Sequence record: OR545507.1
Direction: 5' to 3' (one strand)
Length of the DNA stretch: 64,000 nucleotides
Made by a program: the position numbers and the translations under genes. Position 1 is the stretch's first letter. Each line of letters opens with the position of its first letter. The notes beneath the pieces are model-generated. The model searched no databases, was not told the DNA's origin, and saw nothing but the letters and a program-made list of their open reading frames with translations. Shown here piece by piece: positions 13,529-28,335 of the stretch.

Positions 13529-14872
13529 TTAGAATCGTGCATTTTGTCTCAACATAACACTATAACGTGGACGTGTCATGGCAGTGTATAAAATTCTACA
13601 CTTAGTATCATTTGTACCAATACGTTCAATAAAATCAGTATCAAACCAAATGTTATCAAAAGTACTTCCTTGCGATTTATGAACAGTTGTTGCGTAAGGA
13701 TAATTGATAATATGCAATTTATTCTTTATTACATAGTAATCCTGCCACATATATGGTTTCTTTGTCAATGGATTTATTTCTTTTTTCTCAATATCCTTAA
13801 CAAGTTTATCTAGTTTTTCGTCCATTGCAATTCTTGTTTCTGGTCCTACGCCTAAAATATAACTACCATTAGGTAAACGGAATTGCCAACAATCTATTCC
13901 CATGAAACTTTCACGTTTCACTTCAGGACATTGTATAATTTGTTGTACTACATATGGACTATTCTCAGTTATGCTTTCAAAAACAATTGGTTCACCTTTA
14001 GTAAATTCATCTGGTACTTCAAATAGTTGACTTCTAATGTAAATATTAGCCAAATTAACTCGATAGTTAGTATATGCTAAGATTTTATTTTCATTTACGA
14101 AATCAAATATTTTTTTAGATGAACCCTTGTTTTCCATAATAAATTCACGATAAACATCTAAAAATAAATCTTCATCATCAATAGGTGTAATAGTGCTTAA
14201 ACCATATGTCTGATGCATAATATCAAATGGATTTTTACTAGTTCCAATACACTCTCGAATAGCAGTTGCAACTGCCAAAATCGGATTATCCAATGCTTGA
14301 CGTAAAACCTCAGTTAACTCATATTGAACAGGTACATCAAACGTAGGAGACAATTTAGTCTCTCCCATTGTACCTTCGGACTCAACTGGGGGCAATTGAC
14401 AACGATCACCAATGAATAAAACTGCTCGACGGACACGCCACAATTGATCCTGAATATGTTGGAATAATTCTTCTGAAATCATACTACACTCATCAACAAT
14501 AAGAATGTCAACGTTAGTATTACTAACTTTACTTTGGGGATCATGTTTCAGTACTTGACGATTCTTTTCATATACTAATTTTAGTCCTAAAAAAGAGTGT
14601 ATTGTACTAACTTGTGCATCTTCCTTAGTAAGACCAGCATTATTGATTAGCATATTACGAATAACAGCATTGGCTTTATGTGTAGGTGAAGTTACTGCAA
14701 TATTATAGTTTTTACATAGTGCTTTTACAATCTCAGCAGTAGTGAATGTTTTTCCAGTTCCTGCTGGGGCAGACAAAACCGAAATGGTCTTACCTGCATA
14801 GTTGTAAACACGATCTATAAAATCATCAAAGATTTCTTGTTGCTTATCCGTAAGCTTAATTTTACTCATCAT
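13529..14872 (-). CDS. dda: Dda-like SF1 DNA helicase
   Basis: APAGTGKT, TIHSFL, IVDECSMI, GDRCQLPPV, YATTVHKSQGSTF, LYTAMTR. Confidence 0.92.
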   Translation of the reverse strand: MMSKIKLTDKQQEIFDDFIDRVYNYAGKTISVLSAPAGTGKTFTTAEIVKALCKNYNIAVTSPTHKANAVIRNMLINNAGLTKEDAQVSTIHSFLGLKLVYEKNRQVLKHDPQSKVSNTNVDILIVDECSMISEELFQHIQDQLWRVRRAVLFIGDRCQLPPVESEGTMGETKLSPTFDVPVQYELTEVLRQALDNPILAVATAIRECIGTSKNPFDIMHQTYGLSTITPIDDEDLFLDVYREFIMENKGSSKKIFDFVNENKILAYTNYRVNLANIYIRSQLFEVPDEFTKGEPIVFESITENSPYVVQQIIQCPEVKRESFMGIDCWQFRLPNGSYILGVGPETRIAMDEKLDKLVKDIEKKEINPLTKKPYMWQDYYVIKNKLHIINYPYATTVHKSQGSTFDNIWFDTDFIERIGTNDTKCRILYTAMTRPRYSVMLRQNARF

Positions 14873-14899
14873 TCCCTCGACTGATTTTTACATTTCAAG

Positions 14900-16202
<1,303 letters not shown>

Positions 16203-16287
16203 ATTACTTCTTTCTCCATATAAACTATGTAAAACGTAAAATTGGGTAAATACTTTATAAAAATAACAATAAGATTGGAGATTAACA

Positions 16288-17690
<1,403 letters not shown>

Positions 17691-17693
17691 AAT

Positions 17694-17724
17694 AAAAGGA
17701 GCAACATTTTGTTGCTCCTTTTTT
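17694..17724. terminator. Bidirectional terminator between convergent genes
   Basis: aaaaggagcaac-atttt-gttgctcctttt. Confidence 0.85.
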
Positions 17725-17725
17725 A

Positions 17726-19326
<1,601 letters not shown>

Positions 19327-19376
19327 ATATTATACCCATAAGAAAAGGGATTCATAGAATCCCTGTTAGTTTGAAT

Positions 19377-20501
19377 TTATAGTTTGAATGGTGTGAATGT
19401 ATCTACTTGGATATCATTCACAATACCACCAATGATATAAGAACTTATTTCAGTTTCTTGTGGTGCAACTTGTACTGAACCACCACTAACCCAATGCTCA
19501 GTCCAAGGTAGTGGGTTACTCTTAGATACGGTATATGGACATTTAATTCCTAGTGCAGTCATACGCTTAGAACCAATCCAACGAACATATTGTTTTAGGA
19601 TTTCTGCATTCAGCCCAATGATTGAACCATCTTTAAAGAGGAAGTCTGCCCAAGCTTCTTCTTGACGGATAGCAGACATAAACATTTCCAGTACTTCATC
19701 ATAACACTCTTCTGCTATTTTTACCATATCTGGATCTTCTTTTTTCAGAAGACGTAGAATCATTTGGGTTGCTGCTAGGTGTAGGTTTTCATCACGACAG
19801 ATTAGACGGATAATCTTAGCATTACCTTCCATTAGATTGTTTTCAGCAAACGCCCAAGAACACGCAAAGCTTGCATAAAAACGAACACCTTCAAGAATGT
19901 TAATACTATTCAGACACAACCAAAGTTTTTTCTTTAGTTCGTACAAACTAATTTCAACTGTTTCACCATTGATTGTATGTGTCCCAACGCCCAATGCACG
20001 GTATAAAGTTCCTAATACATCAAGTTCATCGTAGTATTTGGAAACATCAGCCGCACAATCTGTGATTTCTGGAATGTCCAACATAGTATCAAATACTTCA
20101 GATGGATTAGGATAAATGTTACGAATAATGTGAGTGTATGATTTGCTATGAATCGCACCTTCAAAGAATGCCCATGTCTCTATAAAGTTCTCTAGTTCAG
20201 GTAGAGATGCATATGGAAGTAACATTAGGTTTGGACCACGACCTTGTACGGAATCAAGAAGAATTTGACGTTTCAAGTTAGAGGTAAAAATGTGCTTCTC
20301 GGAATCATTAAGGTTGGCAAAATCAATTTTATCTTTAGATACGTCAACTTCACCAGGAGTCCAGAAGAAACTTTTCTGTTGCTCTGTTAGTTTTTCAAGT
20401 GTAGAGTATTTGTTACTTTCAAAGCGTTGGATATCAACACTTTCATCAAAAAACATATTTTTTTCTAGGTGAGACTTCTCGTTAATTTTGAAAACTGACA
20501 T
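19377..20501 (-). CDS. nrdB: Ribonucleotide reductase class Ia beta subunit
   Basis: FFWTPGEVD, LLDSVQGR, FFEGAIHSKSY, LEGVRFYASF, RDENLH, QVAPQETEISSY. Confidence 0.97.
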   Translation of the reverse strand: MSVFKINEKSHLEKNMFFDESVDIQRFESNKYSTLEKLTEQQKSFFWTPGEVDVSKDKIDFANLNDSEKHIFTSNLKRQILLDSVQGRGPNLMLLPYASLPELENFIETWAFFEGAIHSKSYTHIIRNIYPNPSEVFDTMLDIPEITDCAADVSKYYDELDVLGTLYRALGVGTHTINGETVEISLYELKKKLWLCLNSINILEGVRFYASFACSWAFAENNLMEGNAKIIRLICRDENLHLAATQMILRLLKKEDPDMVKIAEECYDEVLEMFMSAIRQEEAWADFLFKDGSIIGLNAEILKQYVRWIGSKRMTALGIKCPYTVSKSNPLPWTEHWVSGGSVQVAPQETEISSYIIGGIVNDIQVDTFTPFKL

Positions 20502-20531
20502 ATATATTCCTTTATATATTTTGAAATAATA

Positions 20532-20549
20532 ATCCCGCCGAAGCGGGAT
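20532..20549 (-). terminator. UUCG-tetraloop hairpin between nrdA and nrdB
   Basis: ATCCCGC-TTCG-GCGGGAT on minus. Confidence 0.6.
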
Positions 20550-20555
20550 CTTAAA

Positions 20556-22874
20556 TTAGATTTTACAACTATCACAATCACCTTCATCCAAATCAGGAAG
20601 TGATGGTAATACAAATTGTCCAGATTCTGGTTTGGCAGCTTCTTTCAGTACTTTTTCAACGTCTACTTCATCTGAACCATCATTTGTATTATGATAATAA
20701 AGATTTTTCAAACCAACTTTATATGCATACATAAGTTCAGTTAGAAGAGTTGACATTGGCAACTTACCATCAGGGAAGTGTATTGGGTTATAACTAGTAT
20801 TAACACTGATACTTTGGTCAATGTATTTTTGTAGAACACCACAGATTTGTAGATAACCAATGTTATCTTTCTGATCCCATAGTAAATCATATTTGTTTTT
20901 CAACTTATTGATTTCTGGAACTACTTGTTTAAGAATACCATCCTTAGATAGTTTCTTCGTTACAAGAGAACGTGGCTTTTCAATACCGTTAGTACTGTTA
21001 CTGATTTGTGCACTTGTTTCTGCTGGCATTAATGCCATTGTTGTTGCGTTACGAATACCATATTCTTTGATATCGGCACGTAAGGATTCCCAATCTTGTT
21101 TTAGTTCTTTAGTTACTAATTCATCAATGTCCGATTTATAAGTATCGATTGGAAGGATACCTTTGGCATATTTTAGATTATCAAATCCTTCACACTTACC
21201 TTTCTCTTTAGCAAGCTGTACAGAAGATTTAATTAGATAGTAAGACCATGCCTCGGCCCACTCGTTAACTGTTTCTAGTGCTGCTTCATTATAACGTAAA
21301 CCACGTTTAGCAAGGAAGTATGCAAAGTTAATAATACCAACACCTAGTGGACGATACATTTTTGTAGCACGGTCAGCATGAACTACTGGGTAGTCTTGAT
21401 AGTCTAATAGAGAATCAAGAGCACGAACAGAAAGATCACATGCCGTTTCCATATCTTCTGGACGGTCAAAGTTACCCCAGTTGATTGCACTCAATGTACA
21501 TAAACTAATCAAACCTTCCCCAGTATTAATGTCATCAAATGGCACAGATGGTAGTGCGATTTCTTGACACAAGTTGGATTGTTCAATAGGTGCAATAGAT
21601 TCAATAAATGTTGAATGAGTGTTTGCATGGTCAATATTTTGAATATAGATACGCCCAGTTTCAGCACGCTCAGTCATTAAAGTACTGAATACTTCAACAG
21701 CAGGTACGGATTTTTTACGGATGCTTTGGTCAGCTTCGTATTTTTTATATAACTTTTCAAATTCTTTTTGATCAGAGCAGAATGCTTCATATAGCCCAGG
21801 GACTTCATTAGGACTAAAGAATGTAATATTCTTTCCATCAACCAAACGTTGATACAAAGTTTTGTTTACTTGGAAACAATAGTCCAGTTGACGCACACGG
21901 TTAAACTCAGTACCTTTGTTATTTTTAAGGACTACCAAGTTATCAAATTCCAAATGCCACAATGGGAAGTGAACAGTTGCTGCACCACCACGAACACCAC
22001 CTTGTGAACAGCTTTTAACAGTCTTAGCAGTAGCTGCAATGAACGGAATCAGCCCAGTGTGTACTGCATCACCTGAACGAATCTCGGAGTCCAGAGCACG
22101 AATGCGGCCCATATTAATACCAAGACCAGCTTTACGTGAAATATAACGTAGAATAGCGTGGTTAGAGGAACCAATACTATCCAAGCTGTCACCAACGTTT
22201 AGTACTACACAAGAGCTAAACTGACGTGTATTTGTACGTAGACCAGCCATAATAGGCGTAGGAAGACTAATGTCAAAGTTACTTACTGCATCATAAAACT
22301 TTTTAACATATGACATACGAACAGAACGATCATACTCCATAAAGATGATTGCTGCAATAGTCATATATGCCATTTGTGGAGTTTCATAAATTTTCTTAGT
22401 AACGCGATTTTTGTAAAGGTATTTTCCTTCCCATTGACGCATTGCAACATAAGTAAATTTATCGTCACGTTTATGTTTGATATAACGTCCAAGCTCTTCT
22501 ATTTCTTGAAGAGTATATTTCTCAAGAATTTCAGGATCATATATTTTGGTATCAACCATTTCTTGAAGATGAGCAGTATATTTAATTGGGTCATACTGCC
22601 CATATACTTGCTTACGAATACTATAGTTTAATAGTCTTCCAGCAACATATTGGTAATTAGGTGTATCTTCTGAAATAAGTTCTGCTGCTGCTTTAATAAG
22701 AATATCATGAATAGTACTAGTTTCAATACCTTCATAAAACTGAAGCTGTGCTCGGATTTCAATTTCAGAAACTGAAATACCACTTAAACCTTCAGCAGCG
22801 AAAAATAAAATTTGATGGATCTTATCCAATGATAACGGCTCTTTCATTCCATTACGCTTGGTTACGTTAATCAT
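20556..22874 (-). CDS. nrdA: Ribonucleotide reductase class Ia alpha subunit
   Basis: ATP cone (VTKRNG), QFSSC, CSQGGVRGGAA, QSNLCQE, C-terminal CDSCKI. Confidence 0.98.
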   Translation of the reverse strand: MINVTKRNGMKEPLSLDKIHQILFFAAEGLSGISVSEIEIRAQLQFYEGIETSTIHDILIKAAAELISEDTPNYQYVAGRLLNYSIRKQVYGQYDPIKYTAHLQEMVDTKIYDPEILEKYTLQEIEELGRYIKHKRDDKFTYVAMRQWEGKYLYKNRVTKKIYETPQMAYMTIAAIIFMEYDRSVRMSYVKKFYDAVSNFDISLPTPIMAGLRTNTRQFSSCVVLNVGDSLDSIGSSNHAILRYISRKAGLGINMGRIRALDSEIRSGDAVHTGLIPFIAATAKTVKSCSQGGVRGGAATVHFPLWHLEFDNLVVLKNNKGTEFNRVRQLDYCFQVNKTLYQRLVDGKNITFFSPNEVPGLYEAFCSDQKEFEKLYKKYEADQSIRKKSVPAVEVFSTLMTERAETGRIYIQNIDHANTHSTFIESIAPIEQSNLCQEIALPSVPFDDINTGEGLISLCTLSAINWGNFDRPEDMETACDLSVRALDSLLDYQDYPVVHADRATKMYRPLGVGIINFAYFLAKRGLRYNEAALETVNEWAEAWSYYLIKSSVQLAKEKGKCEGFDNLKYAKGILPIDTYKSDIDELVTKELKQDWESLRADIKEYGIRNATTMALMPAETSAQISNSTNGIEKPRSLVTKKLSKDGILKQVVPEINKLKNKYDLLWDQKDNIGYLQICGVLQKYIDQSISVNTSYNPIHFPDGKLPMSTLLTELMYAYKVGLKNLYYHNTNDGSDEVDVEKVLKEAAKPESGQFVLPSLPDLDEGDCDSCKI

Positions 22875-22920
22875 GTGTCATCCTTGTTTTTTGATGTAAA
22901 TTTCTTTTTTTAGTGGAAGA

Positions 22921-22939
22921 AAAAGGCGGGACGCCTTTT
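22921..22939 (-). terminator. Rho-independent terminator
   Basis: aaaaggcg-gga-cgcctttt. Confidence 0.6.
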
Positions 22940-23519
22940 AAGGTTTGTCCCACCCACGATATACAAATTCTATATGATATCCTGAATTTAAATAATCCGA
23001 GTTAACTATGTTAAATTGCATATTTCCAGTTGTAGAATCATATGCAGGATCTTCAAATGAGATAGAAATAATTGCGTCAGTTCTATTTGTATTATTTGAC
23101 TGTGCAATCATCGTGTTTGTACCAGCAGCTACAATTTGAATAGTTCCTGATTCCAAAACCGTTTCGGTATCATCATATGCAATATAATCGATGAATACTC
23201 TACTTTCACTTTCAAGAATAACTTCTATACTTTCTTGATTTTGTGGAAGATCAACTTTAAACGGTCTGTTAATTATTTTTGATACCGTTCTCCACGGTGA
23301 AAATTCTGTAATTATTTCTACGTTTTCTTTACCTGAATTTGGATCAGTAGTCCAAGTTCTACCTGCAACTAAGCTGGCGGGGTCAGATGATGATGGAAGG
23401 CCAATAAAAACACGACCCACATCAGTACTGAATCCTATCTGACCTTTTTCTAATGCATCAGGTAAGTCTCTCTGTTTACCAGTTCTTACTTGTTGTAAAG
23501 CAATTTGTTGTTGTGCCAT
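22938..23519 (-). CDS. Virion structural protein (putative)
   Basis: QQVRTGKQRDLP.ALEKGQIGFSTDVGRVFIG N-terminal module typical of fibre/structural proteins. Confidence 0.5.
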   Translation of the reverse strand: MAQQQIALQQVRTGKQRDLPDALEKGQIGFSTDVGRVFIGLPSSSDPASLVAGRTWTTDPNSGKENVEIITEFSPWRTVSKIINRPFKVDLPQNQESIEVILESESRVFIDYIAYDDTETVLESGTIQIVAAGTNTMIAQSNNTNRTDAIISISFEDPAYDSTTGNMQFNIVNSDYLNSGYHIEFVYRGWDKP

Positions 23520-23547
23520 AAAAACTATCTCCTATAGTATTATAGGA

Positions 23548-24120
23548 TTATTTAGCTTTTTCTTTAACTTCCGCAATACGCTCATTAATTAGTTGAGATA
23601 CAACTGAGCTATCTACAGAAGATAAAATTTGTTCTGGTACTAAAGATTTTAAATGTTTAACATAGTTGGAAACACTTTTAAATTCTTTAGTCTGTAATGC
23701 TTCTTTGATAATGTCCAAATCTTCTTTAGATGAAACAACACGCTCAATAACGACTTCATCTTCTTCCAATTCAGGAGCAAGTTCTTCTGCAATAATTTCA
23801 ACTTCTTCAGAAACTTTAACTTGTTCTTCACTATCAACAACATACTCTTGGATAACTTCTGGTGGTACATTGCGTGATACTTCATCAACACTAATATCTT
23901 GTGCAATTTGTTCTTTAATTTCTTCAACAGGTTTAGCACCACGTTGTTTATAATCTTTGATATTTAGAATTAGCTTATTTGATAAATCAAGTTTATCAAT
24001 CTCTTCTTCACTAAGTTTAATTACTTCTTCTAAATCATAACCTTTACTTACTAGTGCACGAATTGTATATAGATCTTGTTTCATTTTTTTATGCTGCTCC
24101 ATTTGATTCAATTTCTCCAC
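23548..24120 (-). CDS. Hypothetical acidic protein
   Basis: 190-aa ORF, Glu-rich middle. Confidence 0.6.
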   Translation of the reverse strand: MEKLNQMEQHKKMKQDLYTIRALVSKGYDLEEVIKLSEEEIDKLDLSNKLILNIKDYKQRGAKPVEEIKEQIAQDISVDEVSRNVPPEVIQEYVVDSEEQVKVSEEVEIIAEELAPELEEDEVVIERVVSSKEDLDIIKEALQTKEFKSVSNYVKHLKSLVPEQILSSVDSSVVSQLINERIAEVKEKAK

Positions 24121-24808
24121 GTAAAATATAGTATTGTTCTACACGTTCAATCCACATATTGACTGCATCTTTGAAGTCTTGACCTTCTATGACAAACTCT
24201 TGATATTGTAGATTGTTAGGATCTTTTCTTACACAGATGAAAATCACACCACGTTCTATATTAGTACCAAACATTTGATTATGGGCTAATGCATATGCTG
24301 CAATTTGCATACGATAATTTTCGATTTGTCCCCACTTCTTAACTTTACGGGAATTTTTATAATCCATAATGGTTGGGATTCCATCATGAACACCTACTAA
24401 ATCAGTTGTTCCGGCCCATAAACCTTCATAGTACAATGGGACTTCCTGTCCCCATACTTCATTAATTCTAGGCCATGCTTCTTGCTGAATTTTGTCAGCC
24501 ATTCTACGTGCAAGAACTCGAATTGGCATACCGCCTTCATGGTCTGGCTTTCCTTCCAATCTAAATTCCAAGTTCTCATGCATAAAAGTACCAACTGTAC
24601 ATGCTTCTAATGTAATCTCATTAGCCTTTTCTTCACCAACAAATTCTCTCCATTTCTTTAAACCTTCGTCATTCGAGGTCGCACTTAGAATTGTTGTTAC
24701 TGACGGCAGATTACCTGTTGGAGTTGAATAAAGGCGACCTTCTGGGCCGCCTTCAATTCTATTGTAACCAACATATGTATATCTGCTAACAATTGGTGGT
24801 GTGTACAT
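24089..24808 (-). CDS. PD-(D/E)xK exonuclease (lambda-exo/MGME1-like)
   Basis: PSVTTILS, GTFMHENLE, AGTTDL, IMDYKNS, QIAAY. Confidence 0.85.
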   Translation of the reverse strand: MYTPPIVSRYTYVGYNRIEGGPEGRLYSTPTGNLPSVTTILSATSNDEGLKKWREFVGEEKANEITLEACTVGTFMHENLEFRLEGKPDHEGGMPIRVLARRMADKIQQEAWPRINEVWGQEVPLYYEGLWAGTTDLVGVHDGIPTIMDYKNSRKVKKWGQIENYRMQIAAYALAHNQMFGTNIERGVIFICVRKDPNNLQYQEFVIEGQDFKDAVNMWIERVEQYYILRGEIESNGAA

Positions 24809-24847
24809 CCGTGTACTCCTAATTATAGCATTATATTTTAATTTGTC

Positions 24848-25183
24848 TCAGTTTTTTTGTTTATTTGCTGTCACAGCAGCTTTTGTGGCCCAATCTTCAA
24901 CTTGCTCTTCAGAATCTTGCTCGACTTCTTCTGAACCTTCTGCTGAATTTCCTGCAAAAGTTACAACATCAGAATTAGCATCCTGTACAAAAGGAAGGGA
25001 ATTCAAAATGTCCATCATTACATTGTATGGAACATCGATGTTGGTTCTCTTTTTAATTTCAGAAATCAAAGATTGAACATTTACTTCTTCTCGACCCGTG
25101 GACACTAAAGACAACGCAATAGTAGTAATCATATTGCGTATATCTTTACCAGGAGCCTCTTCAGTAAGATCACGAAATCTCAT
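24848..25183 (-). CDS. Putative head-associated protein
   Basis: MRFRDLTEEA N-terminus with an L-x-E site. Confidence 0.5.
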   Translation of the reverse strand: MRFRDLTEEAPGKDIRNMITTIALSLVSTGREEVNVQSLISEIKKRTNIDVPYNVMMDILNSLPFVQDANSDVVTFAGNSAEGSEEVEQDSEEQVEDWATKAAVTANKQKN

Positions 25184-25199
25184 GTAGAATTGTCCTTAA

Positions 25200-25832
25200 T
25201 TATTTTTTAACGTATCCTAGAACACGTTTAACTTTCTTTTCATTCTCAGAAAGCCATGTTTTCATTTCTTCTTTTGAACTAAAGTATTTAGTACCCACAG
25301 TTCCGCGAATACTTTCCATTTTTACACCAACTTTACTTGGTTTAACAGATTCTTTCATTTCACGTTCAGTTGGTACTGGCTCAGAGATAATGTCTTCTTC
25401 AAAGTCTGCGTCTGCATCCATATCAAAAGTTGGGGTATCTGCTGCAATATCAATATCAACATCTTCACTTCCAATATCAGAAACATCTGGACCGTCAGTG
25501 ATATCACCAGTTAGTTTAAGTGTTTCAGTACTGATTTTGTCTTTTACATCCATTAAGGTAGTAACTGCATGTTGTAGTAGATGGCGAACATTATCACTAA
25601 AATTTTGTGCAGCATCTAGACCTTGCTCGGCTTTAATACGGTCAAGTAATGGGCCTAGTACGTCAACACCCATGTTGTTAATAACCTCAGATTGACGTTG
25701 GAGTTTATCCACAATCTCACCTTTTACTGAAAGAACAATTTCTGCTTTTTCAATATTAGATTCATTTAGTTGAATAAACTTCATAGCTTCTGCACGAGAA
25801 GCTGCTTCCATTAGTTTTTTATATTTTGACAT
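25200..25832 (-). CDS. Putative head/prohead-core protein
   Basis: LMEA, LNES, MKES sites; acidic linker; start refined to MSKYKK. Confidence 0.5.
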   Translation of the reverse strand: MSKYKKLMEAASRAEAMKFIQLNESNIEKAEIVLSVKGEIVDKLQRQSEVINNMGVDVLGPLLDRIKAEQGLDAAQNFSDNVRHLLQHAVTTLMDVKDKISTETLKLTGDITDGPDVSDIGSEDVDIDIAADTPTFDMDADADFEEDIISEPVPTEREMKESVKPSKVGVKMESIRGTVGTKYFSSKEEMKTWLSENEKKVKRVLGYVKK

Positions 25833-25864
25833 TTGTATTTCCTTATAAAATATCACTCATTTAT

Positions 25865-26536
25865 TTACTTTATATAACCTTCGCCTTTTAGAAAGTTTAA
25901 TACACGCTCTTTTAATTTATACGCTTCAGCTTTCTTTTCTGCAATAATTATATCTAAATCTTTTGCTTCATCATACTTCGATTCATTAAGTACGCGTTGA
26001 CGTTTCTGGGCTGCTTTCAATGCTTCACTAATCACATTCGTGTATTGAAGACCCGAACTGATTATACCAAGTACTTTTGCATCTGTCAACATTCTTCCTT
26101 CATTAAGAAGATTAACTAATGTAAGTGCTGCTTCATACATCATAATATTATTCATGATAATTTGTGAACTATGATTACACTTAATGCTATAAACTTTAGT
26201 AGATTTAGTACCTTGTACTTTTTCTTCCACTAAACTCCAATTAGTTTTTGGTTTAAGAGGTGCTTGTGATGGTCGTGGCGAAGGTACTGGTGAATTCCCT
26301 GATAAATGTTCATTATACGGAGAATTGTATTGAACCATATGTGGATGTTGTGGTTCACCATAATCCATACCTGCTTCATTTAATGAAGTTAAAATAGAAG
26401 CCATAGCACCGATATCACCACCAGTTTTATATGGAACCCCCGATGCGTTATGTGTTTCACCAGCTTCAATGTCATTCAATCCACTTAACAAATCAGCCAT
26501 CTGATTAACTGATTGTTGATCATATTCGTAATTCAT
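25865..26536 (-). CDS. Putative head-associated protein
   Basis: LNEA, LNEG, LNES sites. Confidence 0.5.
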   Translation of the reverse strand: MNYEYDQQSVNQMADLLSGLNDIEAGETHNASGVPYKTGGDIGAMASILTSLNEAGMDYGEPQHPHMVQYNSPYNEHLSGNSPVPSPRPSQAPLKPKTNWSLVEEKVQGTKSTKVYSIKCNHSSQIIMNNIMMYEAALTLVNLLNEGRMLTDAKVLGIISSGLQYTNVISEALKAAQKRQRVLNESKYDEAKDLDIIIAEKKAEAYKLKERVLNFLKGEGYIK

Positions 26537-26751
26537 TTACTACTCCTAACTGTTTGGTAAGATTCAGTACCGTCATCATTTTCTATTTTATTTAGAACAC
26601 CACGTGATACCATCTTATCAGCTAATTCCTGATAATATTCATTTACCTTTTCAACTGGAACAGTACCGCGTGCTTTTATCTTTTGTAATAGTTTATATTC
26701 TTCATTAGAAACCATTGTATTGTGACCATGCACATTTAGTACTGTTCTCAT
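26533..26751 (-). CDS. Hypothetical protein, 72 aa
   Basis: Translationally coupled ORF. Confidence 0.6.
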   Translation of the reverse strand: MRTVLNVHGHNTMVSNEEYKLLQKIKARGTVPVEKVNEYYQELADKMVSRGVLNKIENDDGTESYQTVRSSK

Positions 26752-27695
26752 TAACGACCTCGCATACGATGACAGAAATCGATAATTTGGTCTACCATGT
26801 CATCATTATCAGATTGTGATGTGTTTGCCATAACACTTTCATCACCATAGATATCATCTTCTTTTTCAATATCAGAAATTGCATGTATCATTTCGCCCAT
26901 ACCAGGTGCGTGATGTGACAATGGTGATGGTGTATCAGGATTACTATCAGGCTCTAAACTGGAATTAGCCATAAGTTCACTGTTAATTTCTTGTGGAGAT
27001 TTTTCTTCACGAATTGGATTATTTTGATTATCAATAGGATTAACATCACTCAAAGGAAAAACGTTCAACTCATTTGGCTTAGTCCCACTTTTAGTAATAA
27101 CTAATGATTGCTCCGGTGTTTGTCCTGGGTCAACACCAACTACAGGTTCAACCGAATCTGTCCCGCTTTGTGTACCAGGAACACTAACTTTCATATTATT
27201 AGCATTTCTTTGCAACTCAGCTTGTTTCATTTTAGCTTGAGTTTGTGGATTGACTTGTTGTTGACCCTGAGAAACATTCATTTTAGCAATTTGTTTTGCT
27301 TGCATTTGTGTGGCTTGATTTTGTAAATCTTCAAATACAATTGCTTTTAATTCTTGTGTGGTTAGTTTTGTTATATCTGAATATGTATAATTTTTATGAT
27401 ACTCTTCTGCTAATTGCTTTAGTGACATTGAATCAACAATACTATGAAGTTCAGTGCTTTCATTAATATGTTTGTTAACATTTTTAGTACTAAAATAATT
27501 ATAACATTCACTCATCTGTGCTTTGTATTTTTGTAAAATTTGGAATATTTCACGATTGTCAGAATTATCAATCGCAGAATTTAAAGTGATAAAATCACCT
27601 GCATCCATATTATCAAGAATAACAGAAACATCAACATTCAAATTATGTGCATCTGCGAACTTTTGAAGTTCAGTTGCTGTTTGGTTTATATCCAT
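26751..27695 (-). CDS. Putative head-associated protein, Gln-rich centre
   Basis: GATAAATA at 27740-27747; GGAG SD before MDINQ; INES site. Confidence 0.55.
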   Translation of the reverse strand: MDINQTATELQKFADAHNLNVDVSVILDNMDAGDFITLNSAIDNSDNREIFQILQKYKAQMSECYNYFSTKNVNKHINESTELHSIVDSMSLKQLAEEYHKNYTYSDITKLTTQELKAIVFEDLQNQATQMQAKQIAKMNVSQGQQQVNPQTQAKMKQAELQRNANNMKVSVPGTQSGTDSVEPVVGVDPGQTPEQSLVITKSGTKPNELNVFPLSDVNPIDNQNNPIREEKSPQEINSELMANSSLEPDSNPDTPSPLSHHAPGMGEMIHAISDIEKEDDIYGDESVMANTSQSDNDDMVDQIIDFCHRMRGR

Positions 27696-27751
27696 AATTT
27701 CTCCATATAAAATAAAAAGACCTCTGTCTTGCTTTATGATATTTATCACAA

Positions 27752-28144
27752 TTAAGAAAAGGTCTGTTTGCTGATGCTAATGTTAATATCATCACCAGAT
27801 GTGATAAATTTTGTTATTCGTTTTCCATTTAATTCGGTTGGTAGAACCAATGGTATACCATTCAAACGAAGTTCGACATCCATTGGTAATGCGAATTTGA
27901 ATGTGCTTATGGTACATTTTCCCCAAGAAATTGGCATGTTATAAAAAGATGAATTATTATCTTTATATAAATCGACTTCATTTTTAACAACGCTTACCAT
28001 CATTGGATAGTCATATACCATAATAGCTTCCAACAACCTAGACAAGTTCATAGCACCAGTGAACTTAGAATCTATGATTGTTGGGGTTTTACCATCACCA
28101 ATATCTACTACAGTGTGAATTGTGTAGAATGTATATGGTTTCAT
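27752..28144 (-). CDS. Hypothetical protein, 130 aa
   Basis: ORF in a late cluster. Confidence 0.6.
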   Translation of the reverse strand: MKPYTFYTIHTVVDIGDGKTPTIIDSKFTGAMNLSRLLEAIMVYDYPMMVSVVKNEVDLYKDNNSSFYNMPISWGKCTISTFKFALPMDVELRLNGIPLVLPTELNGKRITKFITSGDDINISISKQTFS

Positions 28145-28335
28145 TCTTTGTCCTTATCTTTTTTCTCTACGACTTTGTATCCAAAGAAGTTAGTAGGAGG
28201 CAATCTACGATGTAATGGATAATGTAAACCAGTACTGACTGATGCAATAGCACCTGCTGAAGTAGCTCCAGAAGATGCATTTTCTTTGATATTCTTTTTC
28301 TTCATATTAATTTCCTTTATTACGTTTTTCATCAA
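28141..28335 (-). CDS. Small protein containing a capsid-cleavage-site-like motif
   Basis: IKENASSGATSAGAIASV versus major capsid LTESATSGATTAGNIATL. Confidence 0.55.
   Translation of the reverse strand: MMKNVIKEINMKKKNIKENASSGATSAGAIASVSTGLHYPLHRRLPPTNFFGYKVVEKKDKDKE

Noticed and set aside
24089-24808. Cas4/CRISPR adaptation gene
   Set aside because: The four Fe-S cysteines are missing and there is no cas gene or array nearby; an ordinary phage PD-(D/E)xK exonuclease fits better.
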